From Octopus vulgaris (lineage: Eukaryota): DNA of 64,000 nt. The stretch covers positions 66,774,001 to 66,838,000 of the forward strand of contig OX597826.1 in assembly GCA_951406725.2 (NCBI GenBank), given 5' to 3'. Positions within the stretch are counted from its first letter, which is position 1, and each line of letters starts with the position of its first letter. This document shows positions 1 through 11,631 of the stretch, one piece after another. The notes beneath the pieces were generated by a model. The model was given only the letters and a program-made list of their open reading frames with translations, did no database searches and was not told the origin of the DNA. Made by a program: the position numbers and the translations under genes.

Positions 1-153
1 AGACGAAAAAGTTTAAATATTCCCGCCACAGGTCTTTTACAACGGCGAGTTATTATCACCAACCACCCCCGCACAATCATAAAAGATATTATTAATCAGA
101 TATATGTTGTTAATTTATATATATGTGTGTGTATATAAATATATATATATAAA

Positions 154-216
<63 letters not shown>

Positions 217-325
217 TATGTTTATATATATAAAGTATATATATATATACATATGTGTGTGTGTGTGAAGACGTATATATATTGCGTATATATATACAAA
301 TTTAATGCGTATGTATGTATGTATG

Positions 326-388
<63 letters not shown>

Positions 389-404
389 ATATATTGTGTG
401 CATA

Positions 405-635
405 TGTGTCGGATTCAGTTGAAAATATGATGCACACCTATGTTAAAAGTTTTAGCGAGTTTGCAAGGCAACTTTGAGTATGCTCAATTGAAATGCATGG
501 ACCCTAGGGCAAAATTACTCATCTTTTAAAATGTCGCCCTCGTAGACCAGAAAGAAATCGTGTTATAATACCTCAACAAGTAAAACAATAATAAACTATT
601 TTAATCCCGAGCAAGGCCGGGTATATATGTCAAAT
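405..635 (+). mobile_element. Helitron-like 3' end (degenerate)
   Basis: CCCGAGCAAGGCCGGG at 606-621 differs by one base from the subterminal hairpin of the complete Helitron at 16675-17067. The terminal CTAG is not preserved and the left boundary is uncertain. Confidence 0.5.
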
Positions 636-1016
636 CTATAAAATGAAGAAGGCGAACGTTGATACAAATTGGATTTTTATCTAAAAAGGGGTCTAAATTG
701 GGCTGGAAGGAGATTAAAATGTACAGGAAGGGGTAACTTGAGGTGAGAAATTGATTGGGAGACGTTTCGGGGCGCTACATATGTTGCTTTAGTGCGAAAA
801 CGGGAATTTTATTGATTTTTGCGGACACTTGGGAGTATAGATTGGACACATTTTGCCCGATTTCAATCTAATTTTTAACATAGAATAGTTGTAGCGGATT
901 TGTAATTTAAGCGCGGAAATCTAATTTTTTTATAACTGGGAGAGACATAGATAACGATAGAGAGTAAGGGAAAGCTAGGGAGAGTCCGAGAGGACAGCTA
1001 AGTTATTTTTATCATA

Positions 1017-1578
1017 CCGCTAAGTCATTTTATCGATCTCGTTTGGGGAACCGCTACGTCATTTTATCGATCTCGTTTGGCGAACCGCTACGTCATTTTA
1101 TCGATCTCGTCGCCGAACCGCTAAGTCATTTCATCGATCACGTTTGGCGAACCGCTATGTTATTTTATCGAAATTGTTTGAAGAACCGCTAAGTTATTTT
1201 ATCGATCTAGTTTGCCGAACTGCTAAGTCATTTTATCGATAACTTTTGCCGAACCGCTATGTCATTTTATCGATCGCGTGTGGCGAACTGCTAAGTCATT
1301 TTATTGATATTGTCCGACGAACCGCTATGTCATATCAATCTAGTATGAAGAACCGCTAAGTTATTTTATCGTTATCGTTTACCGAACCACTATGTTATTT
1401 CATCGATCTCGTTTGGTGAACCGCTAATGCATTTTATCGATATCGTTTGGCGAACCGCTAATGCATTTTATCCATCTCGTTTGGCGAACCGCTAAGTCAT
1501 TTTATCGATATCGTTTGGCGAACCGCTATGTTATATAATCAATATTGCTTGTCGAACCACTAGGTCATTTTATCGATA
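1017..1578. repeat. 34-bp minisatellite, about 17 units, derived from SINE B
   Basis: Unit CCGCTAAGTCATTTTATCGATCTCGTTTGGCGAA starts at 1017, 1051, 1085, 1118, 1152 ... 1557 with no spacers. It matches the reverse complement of the SINE B segment ACTTAGCGGTTCGGCAAAAGAGACCGATAGAAT. Confidence 0.95.
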
Positions 1579-1686
1579 TATGTAATATGATATATTTATA
1601 TGTACATGTATTTATGCATACATATATGCATAAATATATTAAACATATATTACTATATTATGTTTATGTATATGTGTGTGTGTATG

Positions 1687-1731
<45 letters not shown>

Positions 1732-2605
1732 TGCACGCATAACAATACAACAATAGTATTGAATATAATCTTTTCTGCTTGTGTCTGTGTTGTAGTGGTT
1801 CGTCTGTATGCGCGCTTATTTCTTTCTTATCGAGTATGAGAATTTGATTCTTTCTCCGTATTTTCTTTTACCGTATTGACGTTATGCAGTCCGCCTAAAT
1901 ACTTCATTATTTACACGAGGTTTTGCTGAGCATTTTTACAGGAAAAATAAACTCGATATGACTAATTATGTGTTACATTTATGTCTTTTTATTAATTATT
2001 TCTACCTCAAACAAGTTAATTTCATGTCGAGCGCGTTGATATATTTCTTGTCTCCAATTTGTTTCGTCCACTCGGTGTAAAAATATTTCTATTTTGAAGT
2101 ACATTTTTTTCCTGATCAGTTTTATATCTAACTTCACATAACAGATTGCTTCATGCTGCTTGTTGCAGACGGGTTCACCTTTTCATACCACACCTGGGAA
2201 GAGATAAAGTTTTCAAGCAGAATTTCTGCAGTAAAAGATCACGCTTTATTTCCTCTCTATCGTGTATCAGATTTTTTATGTATTCTTTCATTGCACGTAC
2301 GTAATATTGTTGCCTCAATTTTTTACATTATATACGAATAATCTTGATCATTTTTAGTGAAAAATGCATGGCTAAGACCCTATGAGTTAGATATGCGTTT
2401 CGTGTATGTCTTTCAGGAATATTGATAACATAAACGAAATGTAACAGGGTTCTCGAGTTACAGCTGTTCTTTAAAAGTTAAAGTTGTGAACTGCAATACT
2501 ATCTGGAGGGAAGGTGAAGGATCGAGTGTTTATAGAAATGGTAGCAAAAGTCATCACCTCAGCACAGCTGAGAAAAGACTCTGCCTAAGAGTCACATATA
2601 TATAT

Positions 2606-2765
2606 AGAAGTGGCTGTGTGATAAGTAGCTTGCTTACCAACTATATGGTTCTGGGTTCAGTACCACTGCGTGGCATCATGGGCAAGTGTCTTCTACTATA
2701 GCCTCAGGCCGACCTAAGCCTTGTGAGTGGATCTGGTGGACGAAAAGTGAAAAATGCTTGTCGTA
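2606..2765 (+). mobile_element. SINE family B, 5' half
   Basis: GTGGCTGTGTGATAAG head, GGGTTCAGTACC B-box-like motif and GGGCAAGTGTCTTCTACTATAGCC core; aligns to the full copy at 14299. Confidence 0.85.
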
Positions 2766-2944
2766 TATACACACACACATATATATATATATATATAATA
2801 ACAAAATAATAAATAAAACATTTGCATATATACATACAGATATGTACGTACCTACATCTATATGTATATATACATGCATATATGGGTACAGGACACCAAA
2901 AAAAAAACGTCGAACACAATGAGAAACGAAAACATAAACACAAT

Positions 2945-3115
2945 ATATATCAGAGTAAGCACGTAAATGCGAGACAAGGTGGAAAAAATAGTACTCGAAT
3001 ACCAGAGGTAGAGTAATATGCTTTATCAAAAAGCAGCAAAAACTATTACTAGGAGTTTCACTTTCCGACGACCGGGAATGTGAAACAGCTTTTGTGATAC
3101 TTTTGCTGCTGCTTA
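2945..3115. mobile_element. Two Penelope-like terminal fragments joined in inverted orientation
   Basis: Imperfect inverted repeat (GCAGCAAAA..TTTCAC / GTGAAA..TTTTGCTGC). Degenerate hammerhead halves on both strands: CCGACGA...GAAACAGCT on +, GAAACTCCTAGTA on -. Confidence 0.5.
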
Positions 3116-3163
3116 TTATCATCGTCGTCGTCGTCGTCGTCGTTGTTGTTATCGTTGTTGTTG

Positions 3164-3222
<59 letters not shown>

Positions 3223-3434
3223 GCGGCAAGCTGGCAGAATCGTTAGCACGCTGGCTGAAATGCTTAGCGGTATTTCGTCCGCTGTTAAGTTTTGAGTTCG
3301 AAGTCCGCTGAGCTCGACTCTGCTTTTCATTCTTTCGGAGTCGATAAAATTAGTACCAGTTACGTACTAGGATCGATGTAACCGACTTAATCCCTTCCCC
3401 CAAAATTTGAGGCCTTGTGCTTCCAGTAGAAAGG

Positions 3435-3437
<3 letters not shown>
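3223..3437 (+). mobile_element. SINE family A, short-tail form
   Basis: GCGGCAAGCTGGCAGAATCGTTAG A-box head and GAGTTCGAAGTCC B box; ends AGTAGAAAGGATT followed by (ATT)n. Confidence 0.9.
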
Positions 3438-3508
<71 letters not shown>

Positions 3509-3563
3509 CATTATTATTATTATTTTTATTTTTTATTTTTATTACTATTACTATTATTATTAC

Positions 3564-3640
<77 letters not shown>
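3437..3640. repeat. (ATT)n microsatellite
   Basis: Seen directly; it serves as the tail of the elements on both sides. Confidence 0.95.
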
Positions 3641-3641
<1 letters not shown>

Positions 3642-3859
3642 TTTTTTTTTCTTCTTTCAAATTTGCTTCCATTTCTTGCCGAGTGTCTTCCCGACTCCTA
3701 GGGCAAAGAAACTCATAGTATTCATTGGTAGGCCATTAAACCAAACTCAGTAGTTCGTTCATTAAAAATTTTTTTTTTAAAGTTAAATTAAAATACATGA
3801 GCAGCAACAGTTCTCACATCGACAATGCTCTTCTCAATACGTGTGATGTACCAGTTAAG
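3641..3859 (-). mobile_element. R4/Dong-like LINE 3' end, heavily 5'-truncated
   Basis: Minus strand encodes LTGTSHVLRRALSM*, matching the GTAHNLRKILSM* terminus near 43565-43605. It is followed by a 3' UTR, an A-run and a (TAA)n tail. Confidence 0.75.
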
Positions 3860-3924
3860 ACACGTATTGAGAAGAGCATTGTCGATGTGAGAACTGTTGC
3901 TGCTCATGTATTTTAATTTAACTT
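3780..3924. repeat. Perfect 65-bp inverted repeat with 15-bp spacer
   Basis: 3780-3844 is the exact reverse complement of 3860-3924. Confidence 0.97.
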
Positions 3925-3970
3925 ATTATTATTAACTTATTATTATTATTATTATTATCATTATTATTAC

Positions 3971-4029
<59 letters not shown>

Positions 4030-4276
4030 ACACGAAGCATTGTATAATATAAAGTAAAATTTTTTGTGTCTTTGAAAAGCCCAAACAACGCGTGTTGTAG
4101 GAAATAAAAATAAATCAATGGTTTGCACTTCTGTCCTATATTTCGATATTTCGATATTTCGGGATAGAAATACTCCCCAGGAAAAAGAAAAAGAAATTAG
4201 ACATTTGGTTGTTGCAAATCAGCTTTTCTGTTTTGTTGTGTGTGGACGTGTGTATGTGTATGTGTGTGTGTGTGCT

Positions 4277-4377
<101 letters not shown>

Positions 4378-5191
4378 ACGAGACACACACAGAGGATAGC
4401 ATTGCTTTTTTTTAATTCTGTGATACTATTGAGAAAAGAACGATCTCTAGTAGAGACCATGAAACTCCATTACAGTAAATTAAATAACAGCTACAGCAGA
4501 AAACTCTATTTCGTGTATTTAGAAAAGTCTTGCATATCATTACTCTTCCACTTATTAATTAAACCTGAAAAATTTCTTAAGGGGCCTATTGCTTTATCTG
4601 AAAGGTTAGTCGTTCCAGATTAGTTCTCTGACATTAACTAATGTACTAAATTACACAATAACCATAGACTACTTCTGTTTACAGACATCAGTTTACAGAT
4701 ACAGTCGCTTTTAAGACATTAGACAATGATTTGAAAGGAATTTAGCAGCTATTTCTAGTTGGTCAAGCGTTCGGTGAGAAGCTATATGGTTCCTTCAAAG
4801 TTGCTGATTTTGGTGATGGCGGTGGTTGTGTTAGCAATGTTTGTAGCCTTGACGATGGTGAAGGTAGTGATGTGAATAATGGTTATATTGCTTGTGTTGC
4901 AGTGATACTACACTTACTGTTGGTGGTGTTGTTGGCAGTGGTGAAGATGCAGTGGTTGTTGATGGGAGTGATGGTGGTGGTGCTACAGCGGTGCAGGCAT
5001 CTCTCTTTTAGCGGTGGTGGTGGTGCTAGTGGTGGTGGTGTAGTGATATGAAATATCTCTGTTGCTGGTGGACCTGGCAGGAGAAGCAGTAGTAGATATC
5101 GTGTGAGTGTATTATGCTGTGTACTTCTGTACTTCTGTACTTTTGTTTTCTTTATGCTTGTGTCGATATATGTATAAACACACACACACAT

Positions 5192-5275
<84 letters not shown>

Positions 5276-5590
5276 GTGTATACTTATGCATATACATATA
5301 TATATATAAATGTATATATACATGTATATAAATTTATGTATCTATATATGTGTGTGTATATACATATAAATAAATAAATATATATACACGTACAGATAAG
5401 CATATAAACGTGTGCATATGTACATATATATATATACACACACATATAAAGAGATAACTATATAAATGTGTGTGCATATGTGTGTATATATATATATACA
5501 CACATACATACATATAAATTGATATCTATATCAATGTGTGTGTGTATATATATAAATATACATTCATATAAATAGATATCTATATAAATG

Positions 5591-5638
<48 letters not shown>

Positions 5639-5881
5639 CATACAAGCATATCTATATATATAGACACACACACATACACAGAGGCATCTTTCCTCTTTGT
5701 ATTTCTGGGAGTGTCTTGCGCGTGTATGTATGTGTATGTGTGTATATGTGTGTGCTTGTAGGTGTGTGTGTTTGTCTGCGCGTAAATGAATGTGTAGAAT
5801 GTGGAATTGCGTGCATTTGTGCATGGTTCGCCGCCTCTCAGTATCTATCGATGCATGACTGCAGGCATTCATTCAGTTTCT

Positions 5882-5918
<37 letters not shown>

Positions 5919-6214
5919 GTATATATATATATGTATGTATATATATATATATATATACATGAATGAACGATCGGACTCAGATACGTATCAGCTCGAGTAA
6001 GTATATATATATATATACGCTTTTGTACGTGTGTATATGTATGTACCTAGTTTTAGTAGATGTGTGGGCGTGTGCTTTTATGCATCGTTACACATTTTCA
6101 CTGAGAAAGGTCTTTTTTTTATTTACTAATGAATGCGTTGGAGCAGATGCGTGTTTCTGAATTTATCATTTGGTTCTATGCCTGTTGCTTATTGTTCAGT
6201 ATCTTTTATTGTTA

Positions 6215-6272
<58 letters not shown>

Positions 6273-6432
6273 CATTATTATTATAAACAAAAGAAGCATC
6301 GAATGGCCATACAAAATGCCCTGTGATATTCTGTTAAGTTCCTGTACCGTTCTGATGTTCCATTCCTGCCGGAATCAGCTTCCTTTCATCTTTTCAGAGA
6401 TGATGAATGAAGTACCAGTCAAGTAGCGGTAG

Positions 6433-6780
6433 GGTCGATAGAACCCGTTGGTCCCTCTCTCGAAAATATATGGACTTGATGTCAATAGAATCCGTTGCGC
6501 TTTCCTTCGAAAATGAATTGACTTGAGGTCGATAGAATTCTCCGTTCTCTCTTTCGAAAACGTAGAGGATTAGGATCGATGAAAAGCGTTACACATCCTC
6601 CCGAAATTCTATGGACTAGAATTCGAAATAATCCGCTACGCTCTTTCCCCAAAATGCATCGCCTTGGAATTGGTAGAAGCTGTTGCCCCTCTATCAAAAT
6701 ATATGGGTTTTGGGGCCAATGTTATCAGTTGATGCTTCCTTCGAAAATTACGGGTTGCTCATTTCCTTGAAAATGTATGG
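6433..6780 (+). repeat. Degenerate 47-bp minisatellite, about 7 units, derived from the SINE A tail
   Basis: Units start at 6433, 6480, 6527, 6574, 6621, 6668 and 6714 (GGTCGATAGAATCCGTT...TTCGAAAAT...GGACTTG), directly after a decayed SINE A body at about 6290-6430. Confidence 0.75.
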
Positions 6781-6783
6781 CAT

Positions 6784-7007
6784 CGAAGGAGAGGAGCTTT
6801 CTCCGTCCGGGTTGCGGATCCGTGGAACAAGCTGCCAGACGAGATGGTGAAGATGCCATCGACCGCTTTGTTCAAAGCCTCCCTGGACCTCAAGTGGCCT
6901 GAACTCTTTACATGAACACCACCCTGTACTTAACTCCATGTCCCCCTACATGGCCTTGCTATTTGCTTTTGAGCCAAATTAACTAACTAACTAACTAACT
7001 AACTAAC
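6784..7007 (+). mobile_element. CR1-clade LINE 3' end
   Basis: 6784-6915 reads RRRGAFSVRVADPWNKLPDEMVKMPSTALFKASLDLKWPELFT*, with the FSxRVxxxWNxLP motif of the CR1 ORF2 C-terminus. Short 3' UTR and a (TAAC)n tail. Confidence 0.85.
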
Positions 7008-7594
7008 ATATATATATATGCATATCTTTGGAAGGAAAAGCTAAATACATCGCCGTTATATCTTCGGGTGCTTTATAATCTAAGTTCAAATCATATCGAA
7101 TTCGTCTTTCTTAGATTCGATAAAATAAATAAATTTCTATATTTCTGACTTTGTACCCAAGTTAGAAATCGTCGCGCCATTGTTGTTATTACAATCATTG
7201 ACGAAATGTGTCGTCGCTCGCTCCAAATATTTGGATATTTACCAAATTCTTTTGTTGTGGGTATGCGCAAAACTTTACATTGGGCCTAAATTTTGCCATT
7301 CTTTCGAGAAATATATGCAAATCTATACAAATAACCATATCTCAAATTCTTTCTACTAACAAAATCCATTTTCATCTTGAAAACCTTGTATGCTCACATT
7401 TCTAGTTATAAAACATGTGTGCTCGTGCATATACGCACATCTTAAAGGAAGCATTGATTATACTCTTCAGAAGTGATGAATAAGCATCAGCCTTGGGAGC
7501 TGACTGGCGAAAATGTTTAAAATGTCAGCTGAGATGCTTTTCCGTATAGGCTCGGTCTTTTTGCATAACAAGTTCAAACTTCACCATGGTTTAC

Positions 7595-7775
7595 TTGGAT
7601 AGTAAATTTAAACTGTCGCCTGCTCTGTTATTATCATCCGGCATCATAGATATCTTTGGCAGATGGGGGTTCTCTCTTGAAAGCATTCCAGTTAGGTCTC
7701 CGGTCTGACAATACCTTCTTCTTATTAATCTCCGAGGTCCTGCAAAGGGCCAGAAGCACTGCTCATCATTCTTGA
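7595..7775 (-). other. Candidate exon of an unknown gene
   Basis: Unique sequence between a pyrimidine-rich acceptor (TTCGTTATCTTTTAG) and a weak donor (AA|GTAAAC). One open frame, KNDEQCFWPFAGPRRL...SLNLLS; no recognisable domain. Confidence 0.2.
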
Positions 7776-7831
7776 CTAAAAGATAACGAAGCAAATGAAA
7801 TTTTTTTCGCTTTTAATATTTGGGTTGATTT

Positions 7832-8510
7832 AGGCTGCGAGCTGGCTGAATCGTTAGCACGCCGAACGAAATCCTTAGCGATATTTCGCCCGTCCCTACG
7901 TTCTGAGTTCAAATTCCGCCGAGGTCGGCTTTGCCTTTCATCCTTCCGGGGTCGATTATATAAGTACCAGTTACGCACTGGGGTCGATGTAATCCACTTA
8001 ATTCCTTTGTCTGTGCTTGTTTGCCCCCTCTATGTTTATACCCCCTGTGGGCAATAAATAAATACATGGGTTGAATTAAAGGCGGCAAGCTGGTAGAATC
8101 GTTAGTACGCCGGGCGAAATGTTTATCGGTATTTCGTCTTTATGTTCTGAGTTCAAATTCCGCCGAGGTCGACTATGCATTTCATCCTTTCGAGGTTCGA
8201 TAAATTAAGTACCAGTTGTGTACTGGGGTAGATCTAATCGACTGCCCCCCTCCCCAAAATTTCGGGCCTTGTGCCTAGAGTAGAAAAGAATATTTAGGCT
8301 GATTTAGGCGGCAAGCTGGTTAAATTTTTAGAACACGAGGCCAAATGTTAAACTGCATTTCGCCTGTATTTACGTTCTGAGTTCAAATTCCGCATAGGTC
8401 GACTTTGCCTTTCATCCTTTCTGGGTCTATAAAATCCTTTTATGGGGTCGATGTAATCACCTTACTCCCCTCCTCGAAATTGCTGGCCTTGTACCAAAAT
8501 TCGAAACTAA
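7832..8510 (+). mobile_element. Three adjacent SINE A copies (about 7832-8062 long tail, 8081-8292, 8307-8510)
   Basis: Each has the GGCGGC(A/G)AGCTGG head and the GAGTTCAAATTCC B box; they are separated by similar flanks of about 17 bp. Confidence 0.92.
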
Positions 8511-8577
8511 TAATTGGTTCTATTTCACAAGTAAAGACCTTCTCACATTTTGATGTCGACTTTCTACGTCTTTTCAG

Positions 8578-8763
8578 ATATTTTCCTTCATATTTTGGTG
8601 TTGCTAATTTTATAAACATAACTACTTTTATGAAAATGGCAAAACATTCAAAAGCAAACGAACAAGACATCAATGTTCACAAAAGGAAAATAAAATATCA
8701 AGGAAACCATAAAAAAAAGCAAAACAAAAATGGGAACTTAGTATACGCAGATATTCAGAATGA
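8578..8763 (+). other. Candidate exon (186 nt, frame-symmetric)
   Basis: Acceptor TTTCTACGTCTTTTCAG, open frame YFPSYFG...NGNLVYADIQN, weak donor GA|GTAAAA; no recognisable domain. Confidence 0.15.
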
Positions 8764-9187
8764 GTAAAAGGGAAGGAAAACGACCTTTAACAGAAAACAA
8801 TAACATTGTTCAGGACATTAAAAAATTATGGTACACAACAACAACAACAGAAACAGCAACTACTGCGGCAACAATAGCACTTGTTCATATACGCATAGAT
8901 TGCCAAGCAGAAGCGCAGAAAAAAATATGAAGGATATTTTAACAAAAGACTGTTGTGTTGTAAACAATAATTCTTTGAGAATAGTAGCAATAACAAAGAC
9001 AATAAAAATAACAAAGCCAACAAAGACAACTCTTTCGTGTGCTCTGTCTGTCGTACATGCGCACGTATCTTCAAAGGAAAGCGTTTCTAATCCTGCTCTT
9101 ACTCCGACCTTTGCAAAAGTGCTTTTAACCATATGAGCTCTTGGATATGGATTAGTTAAGAAAAGGAATAAAATGGTGACATTGTAT

Positions 9188-9496
9188 TTATTTCTTTACT
9201 ACCCACAAGGGGCTAAATACAGAGAGGAGAAACAAAGACAGACAAACGGATTAAGTCGATTATATCGACACCAGTGTATAACTGGTACTTATATTTAATC
9301 GACCCCGAAAGGATGAAAGGCAAAGTCGACCTCCGTGGAATTTGAACTCAGAACGTAACGGCAGACGAAATACCTATTTCTTTACTACCCACAAGAATGA
9401 AAGACCTCGGTGGAATTTGAACTCAGAACGTAACGGCAGACGAAATACGGCTACCTATTTCGCCTGGTGTGCTAACAATTCTGCCAGCTCGCCGCC
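9188..9496 (-). mobile_element. SINE A with internal tail-body duplication
   Basis: Reverse complement of family A with the junction at 9374/9375. Flanked by a probable TSD, AAAATGGT(G/A)ACATT at 9170-9183 and 9501-9514. Confidence 0.9.
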
Positions 9497-9564
9497 TTTT
9501 AAAATGGTAACATTATATCACAAAAACTTCTGTGGCTGGAAGAAAAGGATGGTAACTCACATTT

Positions 9565-9862
9565 GGAGGCACATGGCCTAGTGGTTAGAGCAGCAGACTA
9601 GCGGTCAAAGAATCGCGGGTTCGAATCTCAGACTGGGCGATGTGTGTGTTTATAAGCTCCACGCGGCTCCGACAGAAGGTAATGGCGAACTTCTGCTGGC
9701 TCTTTCGCCACAACTTTCTCTCACTCTTTTCTCCTGCATCTTGCAACTCACCTACGACCGACCAGCATCCCATCCAGTGCCAGTCGCATATTGGGGTCGA
9801 TCTAATCGACTGGCCCCCTTCCCAAAAATTTCGGGCCATGTGCCAAGAGTAGAAAAGCATAT
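9565..9862 (+). mobile_element. Chimeric SINE: family C-like head and body plus SINE A short tail
   Basis: TGGCCTAGTGGTTAG A box and GGTTCGAATC B box; body similar to 24169-24561; switches to the family A tail near 9778. Confidence 0.8.
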
Positions 9863-9889
9863 ATTCTGCTTCCTTCCTTACATTTGGAG

Positions 9890-10784
9890 AAGGTTTTACT
9901 CTTTTACCCCAATCAAAAACATTTGCATCTTAATTCTGAGTATTGCGCACCTTAACCCGTCCTGGGATTTTTCTTAATCTATTTCCATCTTGTTCAGTGT
10001 TGCTAGCAACTGGTCATGTAGGAGCTTCTCTCGCCATCGTTTTAACAAACCATTTTATAGTTCCTCTTTTAATTTCGTTCTTCACTTTTTTTTTACAATT
10101 TTTCTCATCAATATAGTATCTTACTTCAGTAAAGGTCCTATTATACATCATATTTGCTGGCTTCCATGAAGAATAACACACTCTATTTTATTTTATTCAT
10201 ATTTTGTTACTATTTGAATTTTTCTCTTATACTTTACAAGTCTGTAGTCGTACAGTCAATATTGCATAAGAGTTTTCCTGTAACATAAACCATCTACTTC
10301 CTTACGTTTGTGGTAATTATAATCTTCCTCTGTCACATTCCGGGTGCTTCATTTTAAATTTGCACATTATTTTTCTTGCTCTTTTTCAACGTAGATCTTC
10401 TAATTCAATTATGTTTCTTGTTGAGAATATTGTAACTATAAATTATTACTGTGACAGCTGGAGTATTGGCTCCTTTCATCTTTTTTCCCCCCATTTATAT
10501 TTATCTCCGTTTGTATATTAATCAAGTGCGCTTATAAAATTCGTTTCCAACATTTTCTTTCATATGTGCGTGCTGAACTTTCTCCATTTCAATAATTCCT
10601 AAATATTTGCAAATTTGAGTTTATTCTACTTCACCCGCTCTTTTTTTTTTCTTTTTACCAAATAAGGCATAAATGTCCAAATCCGATGCTGATCCCTCTA
10701 GAAAATCCTTATATTGTCTGAAGTAGGGTTACTAATTGTCTATCAACCGTAGTTCATAACTTTGGGTCACCCATATTTAAAGGA
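9890..10784 (-). pseudogene. Old R4/Dong-like LINE reverse-transcriptase relic
   Basis: Minus-strand pieces in the expected order: NMGDPKL* (decayed YMDDLKLY), CKYLGIIE, KHPECDRGRL*LPQ, RWREKLLHDQLL. Many stops and frameshifts. Confidence 0.75.
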
Positions 10785-11136
10785 TACTCTTTTACTTGTT
10801 TCAGTCATTTGACTGCGGCCATGCAGGAGCACCGCCTTTGTATGCCTAGTACTTAATATATCGGTGTCTTTTGCCGAACCGCTAAGTTACAGGGACGTAA
10901 ACACACCAGCATCGGTTGTCAAGCGATGTTGGGGGAAAAACACTGACACACACACATACACAATATATATATACATATACGACGGGCTTCTTCCAGTTTC
11001 CGTCTACCAAATCCATCCACAAGGCTTTGGTCGGCCCGAGGCTATAGTAGAAGACATTTGCTCAAGGTACCACGCAGTGGGACTGAACCCGGAACCATGT
11101 GGTTTCTAAGCAAGCTACTTACCACACAGCCACTCC
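10785..11136 (-). mobile_element. SINE family B
   Basis: Reverse complement of the 14299-14714 copy, with an internal deletion. Confidence 0.92.
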
Positions 11137-11291
11137 ATCGCATTTGTTGCTAATTCTAGTCTGTTTTTACATTTTAGTTAAAGTTATTAGCGCCAGAATG
11201 AAAGGGAAGAATAGGAATCACTTTGGAATATTCGTGTCGTAAGAGAAATGGGGTTAGTTTTTATAATCCCGTCTAATAGGCTGTCTCTGAA

Positions 11292-11631
11292 GGCGCATGG
11301 CTTAGTGGTTAGAGTATTTGGCTTAGAACAGAGAAGCTGTGATCTTGATTCCCGGACCAGGCTTTTTGCTGTGTTCTTGAGCAAGACACTTTATTTCCCG
11401 CGACTTCATTTCACTCAGCAGTAAAAATTATTTCTGATGTCACTGGTACCAAACTGTATCGGCCTTTGTCTTTTCCTTGGATAACATCGGTGAGAGGGGA
11501 GGCTGGTATGCATGGACGACTGCTGGTCTTCCATACACAACCTTGCCCGGACTTGTGCCTCGAAAGGAACTTCCTAGGTGCAATCCCATGATCATTTGCG
11601 ACAGAAGGAGGTCTTTACCCATTACTTTACC
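11292..11631 (+). mobile_element. SINE family D (tRNA head, GTGTTCTTGAGCAAGACACTTTA core)
   Basis: TGGCTTAGTGGTTAG A box and GATTCCCGG B-box remnant; aligns with 45925-46255. Confidence 0.85.

Noticed and set aside
1017-1578. CRISPR-like array of 34-bp repeats
   Set aside because: Units are contiguous with no unique spacers, there are no cas genes, the context is eukaryotic, and the unit derives from SINE B.
8860-9132. 90-aa minus-strand ORF with two hydrophobic stretches
   Set aside because: A T-rich strand gives hydrophobic residues in every frame, three overlapping ORFs are open, and no domain is recognisable.
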